Below, piece by piece: positions 22,786 to 32,820 of a stretch of 64,000 bases of DNA; within the stretch, counting starts at the first letter, position 1; every line of letters starts with the position of its first letter. Position numbers and translations under genes: made by a program. The notes under the pieces are model-generated. The model was not told where the DNA came from. It saw only the letters and a program-made list of their open reading frames with translations, and searched no databases. Source of the DNA: Cyanophyceae cyanobacterium (lineage in GTDB: Bacteria; Cyanobacteriota; Cyanobacteriia; Cyanobacteriales; Laspinemataceae). Location of the stretch: positions 64,001 to 128,000 of the forward strand of contig JBBQFN010000011.1 in the NCBI GenBank assembly GCA_038321985.1, written 5' to 3'.

Positions 22786-24083
22786 AGCCCCAAAACTTGC
22801 CTGAAAAGTTAGTTTGGTATTACATCCTCGGCACTTACATCATTTATTTTATGGGTGCTCAGTATGTACTTGCCCCCTTATTATGTTACGTCCTGCTTTT
22901 TTATGTCCTTAAAAAATGGTGGAACCAAACTGCACAGACGCCTCCGGAAGAACGGGTAAAGTTTACCCCCTCTAACTGGCTCTGGATCGTTGCGATGTTT
23001 ATCATGCACATTGCATTAGTGATGGGACATATAGACTTTGAAATGGGATTACCCCAAATCATTCGGTCTACGGTGAATGGATGGCTCAGAAGCTGGGCGC
23101 TTTTAGCATTATTTCCTCTGGCTGCTCATCTGGATATTCGCCCAAAATTAATTTATCGAGCAATTTGTATCCTCTGTGTTCAAAGTTTAATTTTGATTCC
23201 CCTAGGGTATCTATTTAGCGTGGCGGGTCTACCGAGTAAGCTCTATACTTCTCCTTTGCAAGCCTTTGGAGGGGGTTCTTTATACAACGTCAATTTACTG
23301 TATCAGTATGATTCCGAAGGGGGTCAAACCCGACTGTTTTTATTCGCCCCTTGGGCCCCTGCCTTAGGGATGATTGGCAATATGTACTTTGCACTGGCCC
23401 AGCACGATGATAACAAAAAGTGGCGCTTGTGGGGCATGATTGGGGCCGCAGCAATGGCAGTTTCATCGGTTTCTCGTTTAGGAATTATCGCCCTGCCCCT
23501 CGTTCCTTTGGCGGTGTGGGGACTGACTAACTTTTTAAAACCTTGGGTGATATTTGCTTCAGGATTTGCCAGTTTAGGGTTAGGGATGTTTGCACCCGCT
23601 TTAATCGAGTTTCTTGAAGCTGTAAGAACTCAATTTACCCAAGCTCGCGCTAGTTCTTCCCATGTCCGAGACCTACTCAATAGCTTAGCAGTTTATCGTT
23701 GGAGGACCGACGCTCCCATCTGGGGGCATGGCGTCCTAGAGACGGAAGGACCAAAAGTGGTAGAACGGATGCCGGTTGGCTCTCATCATACGTGGTTTGG
23801 GGTTTTGTTTCTGCACGGAATAGTCGGGTTTTTTGCCCTAGCCATTCCTCTGATTTGGACTTTTCTAGAAATGCTGATTAAAGCCCAACACTCTCAAATT
23901 GCCAAGGTCGCTTTAAGTTTTCTAATTCTTCTTTTTCTATTTGCATTTGCGGAAAATTTCCAGGAGTTAGCTTATCTGTACTGGCCTTGTTTGATTGTGA
24001 TGGGAATGGCGTTCAAAGAAAAATTAATCGTTTGGAGTGAAACAACTGATGAGCAAGAAGCGTATCTTATTTCTAATCTCTGA
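22782..24083 (+). CDS. O-antigen ligase / Wzy polymerase family protein
   Basis: Polytopic membrane protein with RLFLFAPWAPA, SVSR, PIWGHG and GSHHTW motifs. Confidence 0.85.
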   Translation: MKPQNLPEKLVWYYILGTYIIYFMGAQYVLAPLLCYVLLFYVLKKWWNQTAQTPPEERVKFTPSNWLWIVAMFIMHIALVMGHIDFEMGLPQIIRSTVNGWLRSWALLALFPLAAHLDIRPKLIYRAICILCVQSLILIPLGYLFSVAGLPSKLYTSPLQAFGGGSLYNVNLLYQYDSEGGQTRLFLFAPWAPALGMIGNMYFALAQHDDNKKWRLWGMIGAAAMAVSSVSRLGIIALPLVPLAVWGLTNFLKPWVIFASGFASLGLGMFAPALIEFLEAVRTQFTQARASSSHVRDLLNSLAVYRWRTDAPIWGHGVLETEGPKVVERMPVGSHHTWFGVLFLHGIVGFFALAIPLIWTFLEMLIKAQHSQIAKVALSFLILLFLFAFAENFQELAYLYWPCLIVMGMAFKEKLIVWSETTDEQEAYLISNL

Positions 24084-25041
24084 TAAAAAGATGGGCGGGG
24101 TAATGACGATGGTGGATAGCCTGACTCATTCTTCTCTATCTAACCAGTTTGACTTTAAAACTGTGTGCATGGAAGCTAATGAAGCCGTAAATGAGCGGGT
24201 TACACCGGATGTGGTGGTGATTAATAAAGCTTGCTCTTGGAGTAGAATCCCCAATTTATTTTGGTTAAATCTCCGTAAAGGAAAAACTAAGGTAGTAATT
24301 ATTGAGCATCATTATACCGGGGGATTTGAAACTCATCAAGTTCCAGAGAAAAAACGCTTCCGACTCATGTTGAAAATTGCCTATTCCTTAGCCGATCGCG
24401 TAGTAGCGGTTTCCGAAGCCCAAGCGGATTGGATGTATAAAAATAACCTGGTAGCACCGGAGAAAGTCTATCAAATTAATCCCGCCGTAAAACTGGAAGA
24501 ATTTTTGGAAGTTCCGGTCCGCCAGCCCCGCACAGCCATCCATTTAGCAGCCTATGGTCGATTTTGCAAACAAAAAGGATTTGATGTCTTACTAGAGGCC
24601 ATGAAATTAATTCCTGACCAAGCGGTTAATTTATATTTAGGAGGCGATGGTCCGGAAAATGAAGATCTAAAAAAACGCGCCATCGGGTTGAGAAATGTGC
24701 AGTTTTGTGGGATGATCGATGATGTTCCGAAGTTTTTAAAAGGGTGTGACGCAGTAGTCATTTCATCTCGGTGGGAACCCTTTGGTTTAGTCTGTATGGA
24801 AGCCAAAGCCGCAGGAAAACCCGTTATTGCTTCGGATATTGATGGGTTACGAGAACAAGTACACGACTATGGAATATTGGTGCCAGCAGAAGATCAAGTC
24901 AAACTGGCTAAGGCGATCGCCTCCTTGGGTGATTGTGATCTCTTGACTTGGGGTCAAAAGGCTCGACACTCTGTAAAAGATGCCCACGACCAATTTTTAG
25001 AGCAGTGGAAAAACTTGTTGATGGAATTAACACCCAGCTAA
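24037..25041 (+). CDS. Glycosyltransferase family 4
   Basis: GRFCKQKGFD and SRWEPFGLVCMEA motifs. Confidence 0.92.
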   Translation: MKQLMSKKRILFLISDKKMGGVMTMVDSLTHSSLSNQFDFKTVCMEANEAVNERVTPDVVVINKACSWSRIPNLFWLNLRKGKTKVVIIEHHYTGGFETHQVPEKKRFRLMLKIAYSLADRVVAVSEAQADWMYKNNLVAPEKVYQINPAVKLEEFLEVPVRQPRTAIHLAAYGRFCKQKGFDVLLEAMKLIPDQAVNLYLGGDGPENEDLKKRAIGLRNVQFCGMIDDVPKFLKGCDAVVISSRWEPFGLVCMEAKAAGKPVIASDIDGLREQVHDYGILVPAEDQVKLAKAIASLGDCDLLTWGQKARHSVKDAHDQFLEQWKNLLMELTPS

Positions 25042-25109
25042 AAATTCAGTAATTTTTTTTAATTTCTGACAAAAACTCACAAAAAAGAACCTCAATAAAA
25101 AAGGAGATA

Positions 25110-26195
25110 TTGATGAAAAAGTCCATGCACTGGGAGCATTTTTTTATCCGGGGAACACCAGTTATTGCTTTGCCAGATTGGCACGCTCCTCGGCTTTTTG
25201 TCCCGGCTAAAAATTTTTGGCAGCGATGGAAAGGAAGCTCCTTGTGTCCTCCCCCCTCAGCTAAGTCAGGTGCAATCGCCTTGCCACCCAAGGTGGGGCG
25301 GCTGTTGTATCGGATTCAGGTAGCCTTGGGGCAAGCGCCCGTGCAAATAGCCAGCCGAAAGCAGGCAGGATCGATCGATATTGAGGGGTTTGTCCGCGAG
25401 ATTCTTCCCGAATTTAGTTGGGCCGTGTTTTCCGTCGGCGTTCCTGGGGAAGCGCAGAAAATTACGGCCCAACTGTGGAGCGATCGCAATCACATCGTCG
25501 GCTATCTAAAATATTCGGACAAACCCATCGCCTGCGATCGCATCGCCCGGGAATACGCGGTACTCTCCCAACTGGCGGTCCAACCCAGACCCCTAAAATT
25601 TGGTCCGTTAAGTCCGGGAAGCGCCCTCTTGATTGAACCGATTGAGGGAAAACATATCTCTTGTGGAACGCTGCCCCCGGAACCGGAAATTTTAAACCTG
25701 CTGGATCAATTTGCGATCGCTTCCCCCGTTCCCCTGGATCAGCATCCCTGGGTCCAAACCTTCCAACAGACTGCCGATCCAGTGGCCCGGAAATGGTTGG
25801 ATGCCCTGGGCGATCGCCCCTGGCCGATTGTCGCCTTACATGGGGATTTTTCGCCCTGGAACCTGTTGCGATCGCCCGATGGTAAGATTTTTGCCATTGA
25901 CTGGGAATACGGGCTGGCTCAAGGGTTTCCGTACCTCGACCTCGCGTATTACATCCTGCAAGTCGCCTATTGGTGCTTGCAGTGGTCTCCCACTCAAGCT
26001 AGGGACTATGCAGTTCAATTTCTCTCTAGCCCTTCCGGGCCAAACCTCAAATTAGCGGAGGCAAAAGCGATCGTGCGATTGAGTGCCTATCAGGGCTATC
26101 AATTTATGCTTGAAGATGGACATTCTCTCGAAGAAGAACCTCAATATTGGCGGTCTAAGGTGTGGGAACATGAACTTTTCAACATTTCAAACTAA
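25110..26195 (+). CDS. Aminoglycoside-phosphotransferase / kinase-like protein
   Basis: YLKY, Brenner-type HGDFSPWN and IDWE motifs. Confidence 0.8.
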   Translation: MMKKSMHWEHFFIRGTPVIALPDWHAPRLFVPAKNFWQRWKGSSLCPPPSAKSGAIALPPKVGRLLYRIQVALGQAPVQIASRKQAGSIDIEGFVREILPEFSWAVFSVGVPGEAQKITAQLWSDRNHIVGYLKYSDKPIACDRIAREYAVLSQLAVQPRPLKFGPLSPGSALLIEPIEGKHISCGTLPPEPEILNLLDQFAIASPVPLDQHPWVQTFQQTADPVARKWLDALGDRPWPIVALHGDFSPWNLLRSPDGKIFAIDWEYGLAQGFPYLDLAYYILQVAYWCLQWSPTQARDYAVQFLSSPSGPNLKLAEAKAIVRLSAYQGYQFMLEDGHSLEEEPQYWRSKVWEHELFNISN

Positions 26196-27432
26196 GGTTA
26201 AAAAGAAGCTTAATAACAAGTTTGTTCAAAATATTGGCTGGCTCACTGGTGCCGAATTTGCCATTCGTATTGTCCGCTTAATGACCACCGTAGTCCTAGC
26301 CCGGTTTTTAACCCAATACGATTATGGGTTAGCCGCAATTGTCTTAACCACTTACGAATTTACCCGGGTCTTTACGGACATTGGAATCGGAGCTAAACTC
26401 ATTCAAGCCGAGCCGGAAGAACTCGAAGACTTATGTCGAAACGCCTATTGGTTATGCTGGGTCCTCTATTTCGGCTTGTTCGTAGCTCAGGCTGCTGTCG
26501 CTTTTCCCATTGCCTGGTTTTATAACGATACCAATCTGATTCTACCCATCACGGTTTTGGGAGGGGTCTTTTTAATGACCCCTTTAGGGGTAGTTCAAGC
26601 GATATTACTGCGTCGAGAAAATCGCTTAGAAATCCAAGCTCTCAATCAAACCTTGGTTCAAGGATCAAGTAATTTTTTATCCTTAGTCTTTGCCGTATTG
26701 GGGTGGGGCATCTGGGCGATCGTCATTCCTCAACTCGTTGTCACTCCGTTGTGGGCTTATATTTACTTAAAGCACCATTCTTGGCGTCCTAGTGGGGGAT
26801 TTCGGAATGAGAAATGGAAAGAAATTTTCGGGTTTGGGAAAAATGTCTTAGGGATTGAACTATTAAAGACCCTGAGAACCAACCTAGATTATCTGCTTGT
26901 GGGACGCTTCTTAGGGATTACCGAGTTAGGAATCTACTTCTTTGCCTTTAATGCCGGATTAGGAATTAGCCTGAGTATCATTAAATCAATTAATTCCGCC
27001 TTATTACCTCATTTATGTTCCCTCCGGCAAGACTGGGCTAGAATGAAGCAGCAGTTTTATAAGAGCTTAAAGGTAATTGGGGCATTAATCATTCCCTTGG
27101 CACTCTTACAATCAACTTTGGCACCCTTTTATGTACCCATTGTTTTTGGAGAAAAATGGATTGAGGCGATTCCAGTCTTAATGATTATCTGTATCTCGGC
27201 TATCCCTCGCCCCTTTGGTGATGCGGCCTCTCAGTTAATGATTGCGATTGGTAGACCAGATATCGATTTTAAGTGGAATATTATCTTTACGCTAGTCTTT
27301 ACCCTCAGCTTATTTGTAGGTATCAAATGGCAAGTGATTGGATTAGCATTCACCGTGTTACTCGTTCATGCGATCGCCTTACCTGCCTATACAATTTGGG
27401 CGACTCGGTATGCCTTTAACCGCCCTACTTAA
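26170..27432 (+). CDS. Wzx-type polysaccharide flippase
   Basis: LARFLTQYDYG, NLDYLLVGRFLG and FGEKW motifs with many TMs. Start set at ATG 26170. Confidence 0.9.
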   Translation: MNFSTFQTKVKKKLNNKFVQNIGWLTGAEFAIRIVRLMTTVVLARFLTQYDYGLAAIVLTTYEFTRVFTDIGIGAKLIQAEPEELEDLCRNAYWLCWVLYFGLFVAQAAVAFPIAWFYNDTNLILPITVLGGVFLMTPLGVVQAILLRRENRLEIQALNQTLVQGSSNFLSLVFAVLGWGIWAIVIPQLVVTPLWAYIYLKHHSWRPSGGFRNEKWKEIFGFGKNVLGIELLKTLRTNLDYLLVGRFLGITELGIYFFAFNAGLGISLSIIKSINSALLPHLCSLRQDWARMKQQFYKSLKVIGALIIPLALLQSTLAPFYVPIVFGEKWIEAIPVLMIICISAIPRPFGDAASQLMIAIGRPDIDFKWNIIFTLVFTLSLFVGIKWQVIGLAFTVLLVHAIALPAYTIWATRYAFNRPT

Positions 27433-27505
27433 CATTTTGCACTCAGCCTAATTTTTTACCGGACTTCCTATCCTGTAAAAAATTAGAGGAAGTGATTTTG
27501 AAACA

Positions 27506-27581
27506 GGTTTTACTCCTGATACAACTTTTAATAGAAATCACTTTGAGGATGGTTTTACTCCAGCGACAACTTTTGATAGAA
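27506..27581. repeat. Two-copy direct repeat with 45-bp period
   Basis: GGTTTTACTCCTGATACAACTTTTAATAGAA (27506) and GGTTTTACTCCAGCGACAACTTTTGATAGAA (27551). Confidence 0.75.
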
Positions 27582-27637
27582 TGAACTGTAATTGAAAATA
27601 AACTTTTGCTCGTCCAATCACAAAAAGGCATAAACCT

Positions 27638-28663
27638 ATGAAATTAGTGTCCGTCATCATTTCAGTTTATAACCTCGAATCTCTTATTGCTGCTACCTTG
27701 CAGTCCGTTTTCAACCAAACCTACAAAAACTTAGAAATCATCGTAGTTGATGATGGATCGAGCGATCGCTCGGCTGAAGTATGCGAAGAATTTCAAGACC
27801 CCCGGCTGAAATTAATTCGTCAGCAAAATAAAGGGGCAAGCGCCGCCCGAAATGCCGGAATGCGTCATGCTCAAGGGGACTATATCGCCATTCTCGATGG
27901 GGATGACCTGTGGTTACCTGAAAAAATAGAAAAGCAGGTTGAGCATTTGGAACAATCTCCGCAGGTTGGAATTAGCTATACCCAATCCGCTTTTATCGAT
28001 GAAGCTGGAGAATTGATGGGACTCTATCAAATGCCAAAGCTGACTGACATTACTATCCGAGATATCCTCTGCCGTAATCCGATTAGCAATGGGTCCTCGG
28101 CAGTTATTCGCAAGCAAGCTATTGACCAGATTAAATTTCAAGATTATCTAGATGGAGAAATCACCGATTTTTATTGGGACGAAGAAAAGGCATTGCAATC
28201 CTCAGAAGATGTTGATTTCTGGTTCCGTATAGCCCTACAAGCGGGCTGGAAAATGGAGGGAATTGGGGAAGTTCTCACCCTCTATCGGATTAATTCTAAA
28301 GGACTTTCGGCGAAATTATTAAGCAAACAAGAGTCTTGGGAAAAACTTCTGGAAAAAACCCGCAATTACGCTCCCCAAGAGATGGCTCAATGGGAAAAAC
28401 CAGCTCGTGCTTATCACCTGCGATATCTCGCTCGTCGTGCTGTTACCTTACGCGATGGTCCAACCGCCCTGAAATTGGCTTGGGATGCAAGTGTTACTCA
28501 CCCGCAAATGTGGATAGAAGAACCGATACGAAGTGGAGTAACCTTCGCTGCTGCATCTTTCCTGTCTGTACTGCCTAAATCTTTGTATCAGCACCTGGAA
28601 GAACTGGGGATAAAACTGTCGGCCCGGACTCAAAAACGTCAAGTTGCTCAATCTAAAATTTAA
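27638..28663 (+). CDS. Glycosyltransferase family 2
   Basis: VDDGSSD, ARNAG, LDGDD and SEDVD motifs. Confidence 0.93.
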   Translation: MKLVSVIISVYNLESLIAATLQSVFNQTYKNLEIIVVDDGSSDRSAEVCEEFQDPRLKLIRQQNKGASAARNAGMRHAQGDYIAILDGDDLWLPEKIEKQVEHLEQSPQVGISYTQSAFIDEAGELMGLYQMPKLTDITIRDILCRNPISNGSSAVIRKQAIDQIKFQDYLDGEITDFYWDEEKALQSSEDVDFWFRIALQAGWKMEGIGEVLTLYRINSKGLSAKLLSKQESWEKLLEKTRNYAPQEMAQWEKPARAYHLRYLARRAVTLRDGPTALKLAWDASVTHPQMWIEEPIRSGVTFAAASFLSVLPKSLYQHLEELGIKLSARTQKRQVAQSKI

Positions 28664-28687
28664 TTCTTCGGGTTCAATCTGAGATTT

Positions 28688-28725
28688 TGCCTCGTTTTTT
28701 CTTCGTCTTTAAAAGAAACGAGGCA
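28688..28725 (+). terminator. Stem-loop between the GT2 genes
   Basis: TGCCTCGTTT ... AAACGAGGCA. Confidence 0.5.
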
Positions 28726-28783
28726 TTCCTAGAAAAATCATTCTCCTCCAAATATTATTTTTTCAAATAGAGGAAATTAACCC

Positions 28784-29845
28784 ATGAAACTTGTTTCTGT
28801 TATTATTCCCGTATATAACGTTGAGCAATATATTGTCGAAACGATTCGGTCAGTTCTCGCTCAGACTTATTCTAATTTTGAAGTATTAGTAATTGATGAT
28901 GGATCACCTGATCTCAGTATTGAACTGTGCCAACAGCAGTTCGATGACCCCCGAATTAAAATTATTCGCCAAAAAAATCGGGGATTAGCGGGAGCCAGAA
29001 ATACCGGAATTCGTCACGCCCAAGGAGAGTATTTAGCCTTTTTAGATAGCGATGATTTGTGGGAACCCAAGAAACTTATCAAACATATCGAGCATCTGGA
29101 TGGTGCGTTGGATGTAGGCATTAGTTTCTGCCGTTCCGCTTTAATTGACGAAGCGGGCAATCCCACCGGAACCTATCTGATGCCCGAATTGACAAACATT
29201 GACGTTCCTTGCTTGTTGCGAGGGAGTCCTTTGGGAAATGGTTCTACTCCCGTTATTCGACGAGAAGTATTTGAGGATATTCAATTTGAAGCTAACCGAT
29301 ACGGCGCTGTTGAAACCTTTTACTTTGATGAGGACTTTCGACAATCGGAGGATATTGAATGTTGGTTAAGAATTGCCTTAAAAACTGACTGGAAATTTGA
29401 GGGAATTCCCGAAGCGCTCACCTTGTATCGAGTGAATACCGGAGGTCTTTCTGCCAATTTTATGAAGCAGCTTGACAGTTGGGAAAAGGTTTTAGAAAAA
29501 ACCCGGTCTTATGCACCGTCTGCGATCGCCCAATGGTGGGATTTGGCGATCGCCTATGAATTGCGATATCTCGCCCGCAGTGCTATCCGAGTCAAAAATG
29601 GCAAAGCAGCCGTGGACTTGATGAATCGAGCGCTATTGACCTACTGGCGCATCCTTCTAGAAGAACCGCGCCGCACGGTGTTAACCCTAATTGCTGCCTA
29701 TGTCTTACGATTGTTACCAGCCTCTATTTATAGCTGGATTGAGAATCGGGGCAACCAGTTGAATGGTTCCACCCAACAACAACAAATTCAACGAGATCGC
29801 CAGAGTCAAAATCCAGTATCGGGGGTAGAAATAGGCGTCCGATAA
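28784..29845 (+). CDS. Glycosyltransferase family 2 (paralogue of upstream gene)
   Basis: IDDGSPD, ARNTG, LDSDD and SEDIE motifs. Confidence 0.93.
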   Translation: MKLVSVIIPVYNVEQYIVETIRSVLAQTYSNFEVLVIDDGSPDLSIELCQQQFDDPRIKIIRQKNRGLAGARNTGIRHAQGEYLAFLDSDDLWEPKKLIKHIEHLDGALDVGISFCRSALIDEAGNPTGTYLMPELTNIDVPCLLRGSPLGNGSTPVIRREVFEDIQFEANRYGAVETFYFDEDFRQSEDIECWLRIALKTDWKFEGIPEALTLYRVNTGGLSANFMKQLDSWEKVLEKTRSYAPSAIAQWWDLAIAYELRYLARSAIRVKNGKAAVDLMNRALLTYWRILLEEPRRTVLTLIAAYVLRLLPASIYSWIENRGNQLNGSTQQQQIQRDRQSQNPVSGVEIGVR

Positions 29846-29849
29846 AAGA

Positions 29850-29930
29850 TGGCGATCGCCCGGAAGCAGGGGTTAAGTGGAAATATGCTATAACCCAAAT
29901 AGCCCATCCTATTAGACCGGGCGATCGCCA
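29850..29930. repeat. 14-bp perfect inverted repeat built on two HIP1 sites, between convergent genes
   Basis: TGGCGATCGCCCGG (29850) and CCGGGCGATCGCCA (29917). Confidence 0.65.
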
Positions 29931-30122
29931 AAAATATTCCCTTAATGATCCAAAGAAATGAAATCACAACAAATGGTGATAAATTTCAATTAATCACAGG
30001 GTTAATTGAATTGAGGCACTTGCCCTTTTCAGCCCTGTGAATACACCACTCCTTTAACTCAGCTGGGCCAATCCCTATAAATCTCTAAGTTCCCGTGCTG
30101 GCTCACCAAGTTAGAAAAATAA

Positions 30123-31487
30123 TCAAGGCAGAGAAACATAATCATATATTTTTTTATTAAATTCAGGAAATATTTTCGGGCTTTGATTGTCACCATAGTT
30201 AGGTTCTTCTTCTTTTAGAGCTAATCCGATGATCAACATTCCCGGCCAATTTACATAACTTAGGATATCAAGTTCTTCACTCAGGGAAAAGAAAAGAAAA
30301 ACCAACAATATTTTTAAAGCCACTCTTGCCGTTTCGTTTTTCTTAGCCTTATAAGTTAATATGAGAAAGGTACAGAGCAAAGGCACTGCAATTGCGACCA
30401 GACCCACTAATCCTTTTGTGTAAAGAACATTTACCCAGGTCCCACAGCCCGATGTGCCAATAGGATAAAAAAACGTATAGGGGGTTCCTCTTTCCGGTGT
30501 AAATCCATGCCCCCAGATTCGCGCTTCCTCCCACCACTTAGTTAAAGACAGTTTAACTAAATCAAATCGGAGCTTAGAAGAACTTGCTCTCGATTGGTTC
30601 ATCCGAGTAATAAAATCTTTACCTGAACTCATCAGAGTTGAAGCAAAAATACCTGTTAAAAAGCTCCCCGAACCTGCTGTAAAATATAAAATAGGCCGGT
30701 CAAAATTAGTCAAAATCCAGGTAATGATTATAACTAGAGGAAGCGAAATAAAAGCCATGCGAGATAGGGAACCAAAAACCATGACTAAAGAACCAATAGT
30801 CCCAATCATTCTCCACTTTTTGTGAGTTTCTAGACGAGCTAAAAAAAAGTATATAATCCCAATCGTAGCTAAATTAGGGGCCCACGGTGCAAACAATGCT
30901 AGGCGGGGTTGACCACTTTCCTCATCGAAAAAGTACAACAGCACCGTGTAAAAATCCTTAGACCCCCCCCCAATCAAATAGAAGGGAACCGTGTAAAGTT
31001 TTCCCGATGGTAAACGAGCCAGATATGCCAGATAACAGAAGCCGCTAACCACTAAACTTTGCAAGCCCATTATACAGACGCCTCGGTAAAGCAAGCGCGG
31101 TCGAATATTCAGGCAAGCAACCAGGGGGAATATGGCCCATAGCGCCCACTCTTTACCCCACTTGATTAAAGATTTAATGAGCCGACCTAGCCCTGCGCTA
31201 AAATCGATATGAGAAGTAATTAAAGCAATAACCATCAAAGAAATAAACGCAACCCATATCCAGGCAATGATTGGAATTTTAATTTTTTCTTCTTCTGGAG
31301 TATCTACGTTCTGGTTCCATAGTTTTTTAAATAAGTAAAATAAAAGAACCCAAGCCATTACAGGAAACACGATAGGCTGTGCTCCCAATAAATAAAAGGC
31401 ATAAGTCCCCAGCAGCCCGTACCAAATGACCCGTTCTTCAAAATTTTGAGGCTTGATTATTTCGGAGGAACTGCTTTGTTTTTTCAT
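30123..31487 (-). CDS. Second O-antigen ligase / Wzy family protein
   Basis: Aligns by eye with 22782-24083: KPQNFEERVIWY, RLALFAPWAP, RASSS, IWGHG. Confidence 0.85.
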   Translation of the reverse strand: MKKQSSSSEIIKPQNFEERVIWYGLLGTYAFYLLGAQPIVFPVMAWVLLFYLFKKLWNQNVDTPEEEKIKIPIIAWIWVAFISLMVIALITSHIDFSAGLGRLIKSLIKWGKEWALWAIFPLVACLNIRPRLLYRGVCIMGLQSLVVSGFCYLAYLARLPSGKLYTVPFYLIGGGSKDFYTVLLYFFDEESGQPRLALFAPWAPNLATIGIIYFFLARLETHKKWRMIGTIGSLVMVFGSLSRMAFISLPLVIIITWILTNFDRPILYFTAGSGSFLTGIFASTLMSSGKDFITRMNQSRASSSKLRFDLVKLSLTKWWEEARIWGHGFTPERGTPYTFFYPIGTSGCGTWVNVLYTKGLVGLVAIAVPLLCTFLILTYKAKKNETARVALKILLVFLFFSLSEELDILSYVNWPGMLIIGLALKEEEPNYGDNQSPKIFPEFNKKIYDYVSLP

Positions 31488-31713
31488 GATCAGCTTAAAA
31501 TGCTACCCTTTTTAATAATCTTTGTTCGTAAAATATTAGACTTGTTGGATAAATCTCTGAAGCCTCTCTTAATAAATAAAAAGGGTGAGGAGAACAATCG
31601 AGAATCTTGAAAGAGGTCTACTTTACCAACCTGGAATTTTCTTTGCTGGGTTAAATCGAGAATTTTAATACTGACGATAGAAGGATTAGACCAATCAATC
31701 AGGGAGTATTCTT

Positions 31714-32820
31714 TTACGCCCATGAAAACATTTTTATTAACCAGTTAATCCAGGGGTGATACCTCTCCACCACCGGAGTCTCAAGGGGAAGCGTTCCTAT
31801 CTTTTCATCTCTTTTTTCTGTTAAATAATCTTTTACAAAACCTCCCATTTCATTTTCTCCAACTCTTAAATTCCAATTTGCATCAAACATTTCTGGCTCC
31901 CAATCATAATCTGCAACCCAAGAAGTCCAACTTAAATTATGCTCTTCTAATTTATTTTTTATAGCTATTCCATAATTTGAAATTGTCCCACTGGTTATTT
32001 TTCCTGAATCTTTTCTAAACCCCCATTCGGTCACGAAGAGGGGAATTTTATCTGCCGTATTAAACATCCAAGTGTCCCAATGGCGTTGTTCGAGTCCCGG
32101 ATAAATATGAGCTACATAGACGATATTTTTACCATCAATGGGATTTTCTGGAGCATCAAACAAATGCTGAGCATAGTGAGGTGCTCCGACTAAAATTAAA
32201 TTTCTAGGAGCATAATCCTGGATCAAATTGACCCAAGGTTGAACGATACTTTTCCACTCCTCCCAACTCATATCTGTCTTATTTTCATTAAAAACTTCAA
32301 ACATGATATTGGGGTAATCTTTATATTTGGAAGCGATATCAGACCAGAAAGCCCGAGTTTCCCTATCTAACTCCCTGGGGTCGTCCACATAATGCCAATC
32401 GATAATACAATAAATATTTTTTTCTACGCATTTTTCAACGGCGGGTCTGATGTATCGTTGATCGTATCGGTTGGGATTAGTATTGTAACCAAGTTTCCAG
32501 ATGGGATATACGGGTAATCGAATTACGGTCGAGTACCAACCCTTCTCTCGGTCCGTTAGCATCTCGATTAGTTCTGTAGCTGACTTTCCTGCTCCCTCTC
32601 TATAGTCATTAAGGGCTATATCCGGAAGTGATACCCCTCGCAAAACTACTTTATTCCCCTTTGGATCTTTGATATGTATCCCTTCAACATGGAGCCAAGG
32701 AGTGCTCTCCACGGCTCCTAGGTTAGAATGAATCGCTGAAAATACTACTGTTACAAAAAAAATAGTACAAAAAAAAGTAGTAATAAAAAATTTTAGTGTG
32801 GAACTGTTCAAAAAAAGCAT
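31714..32820 (-). CDS. Exported glycoside hydrolase family 5
   Basis: N-terminal hydrophobic segment, IRLP, IIDWH, FNE (acid/base), HIY and VTEWG (nucleophile). Confidence 0.88.
   Translation of the reverse strand: MLFLNSSTLKFFITTFFCTIFFVTVVFSAIHSNLGAVESTPWLHVEGIHIKDPKGNKVVLRGVSLPDIALNDYREGAGKSATELIEMLTDREKGWYSTVIRLPVYPIWKLGYNTNPNRYDQRYIRPAVEKCVEKNIYCIIDWHYVDDPRELDRETRAFWSDIASKYKDYPNIMFEVFNENKTDMSWEEWKSIVQPWVNLIQDYAPRNLILVGAPHYAQHLFDAPENPIDGKNIVYVAHIYPGLEQRHWDTWMFNTADKIPLFVTEWGFRKDSGKITSGTISNYGIAIKNKLEEHNLSWTSWVADYDWEPEMFDANWNLRVGENEMGGFVKDYLTEKRDEKIGTLPLETPVVERYHPWINWLIKMFSWA

Noticed and set aside
27506..27581. CRISPR array
   Set aside because: Only two imperfect copies, a 14-bp gap and no cas genes.
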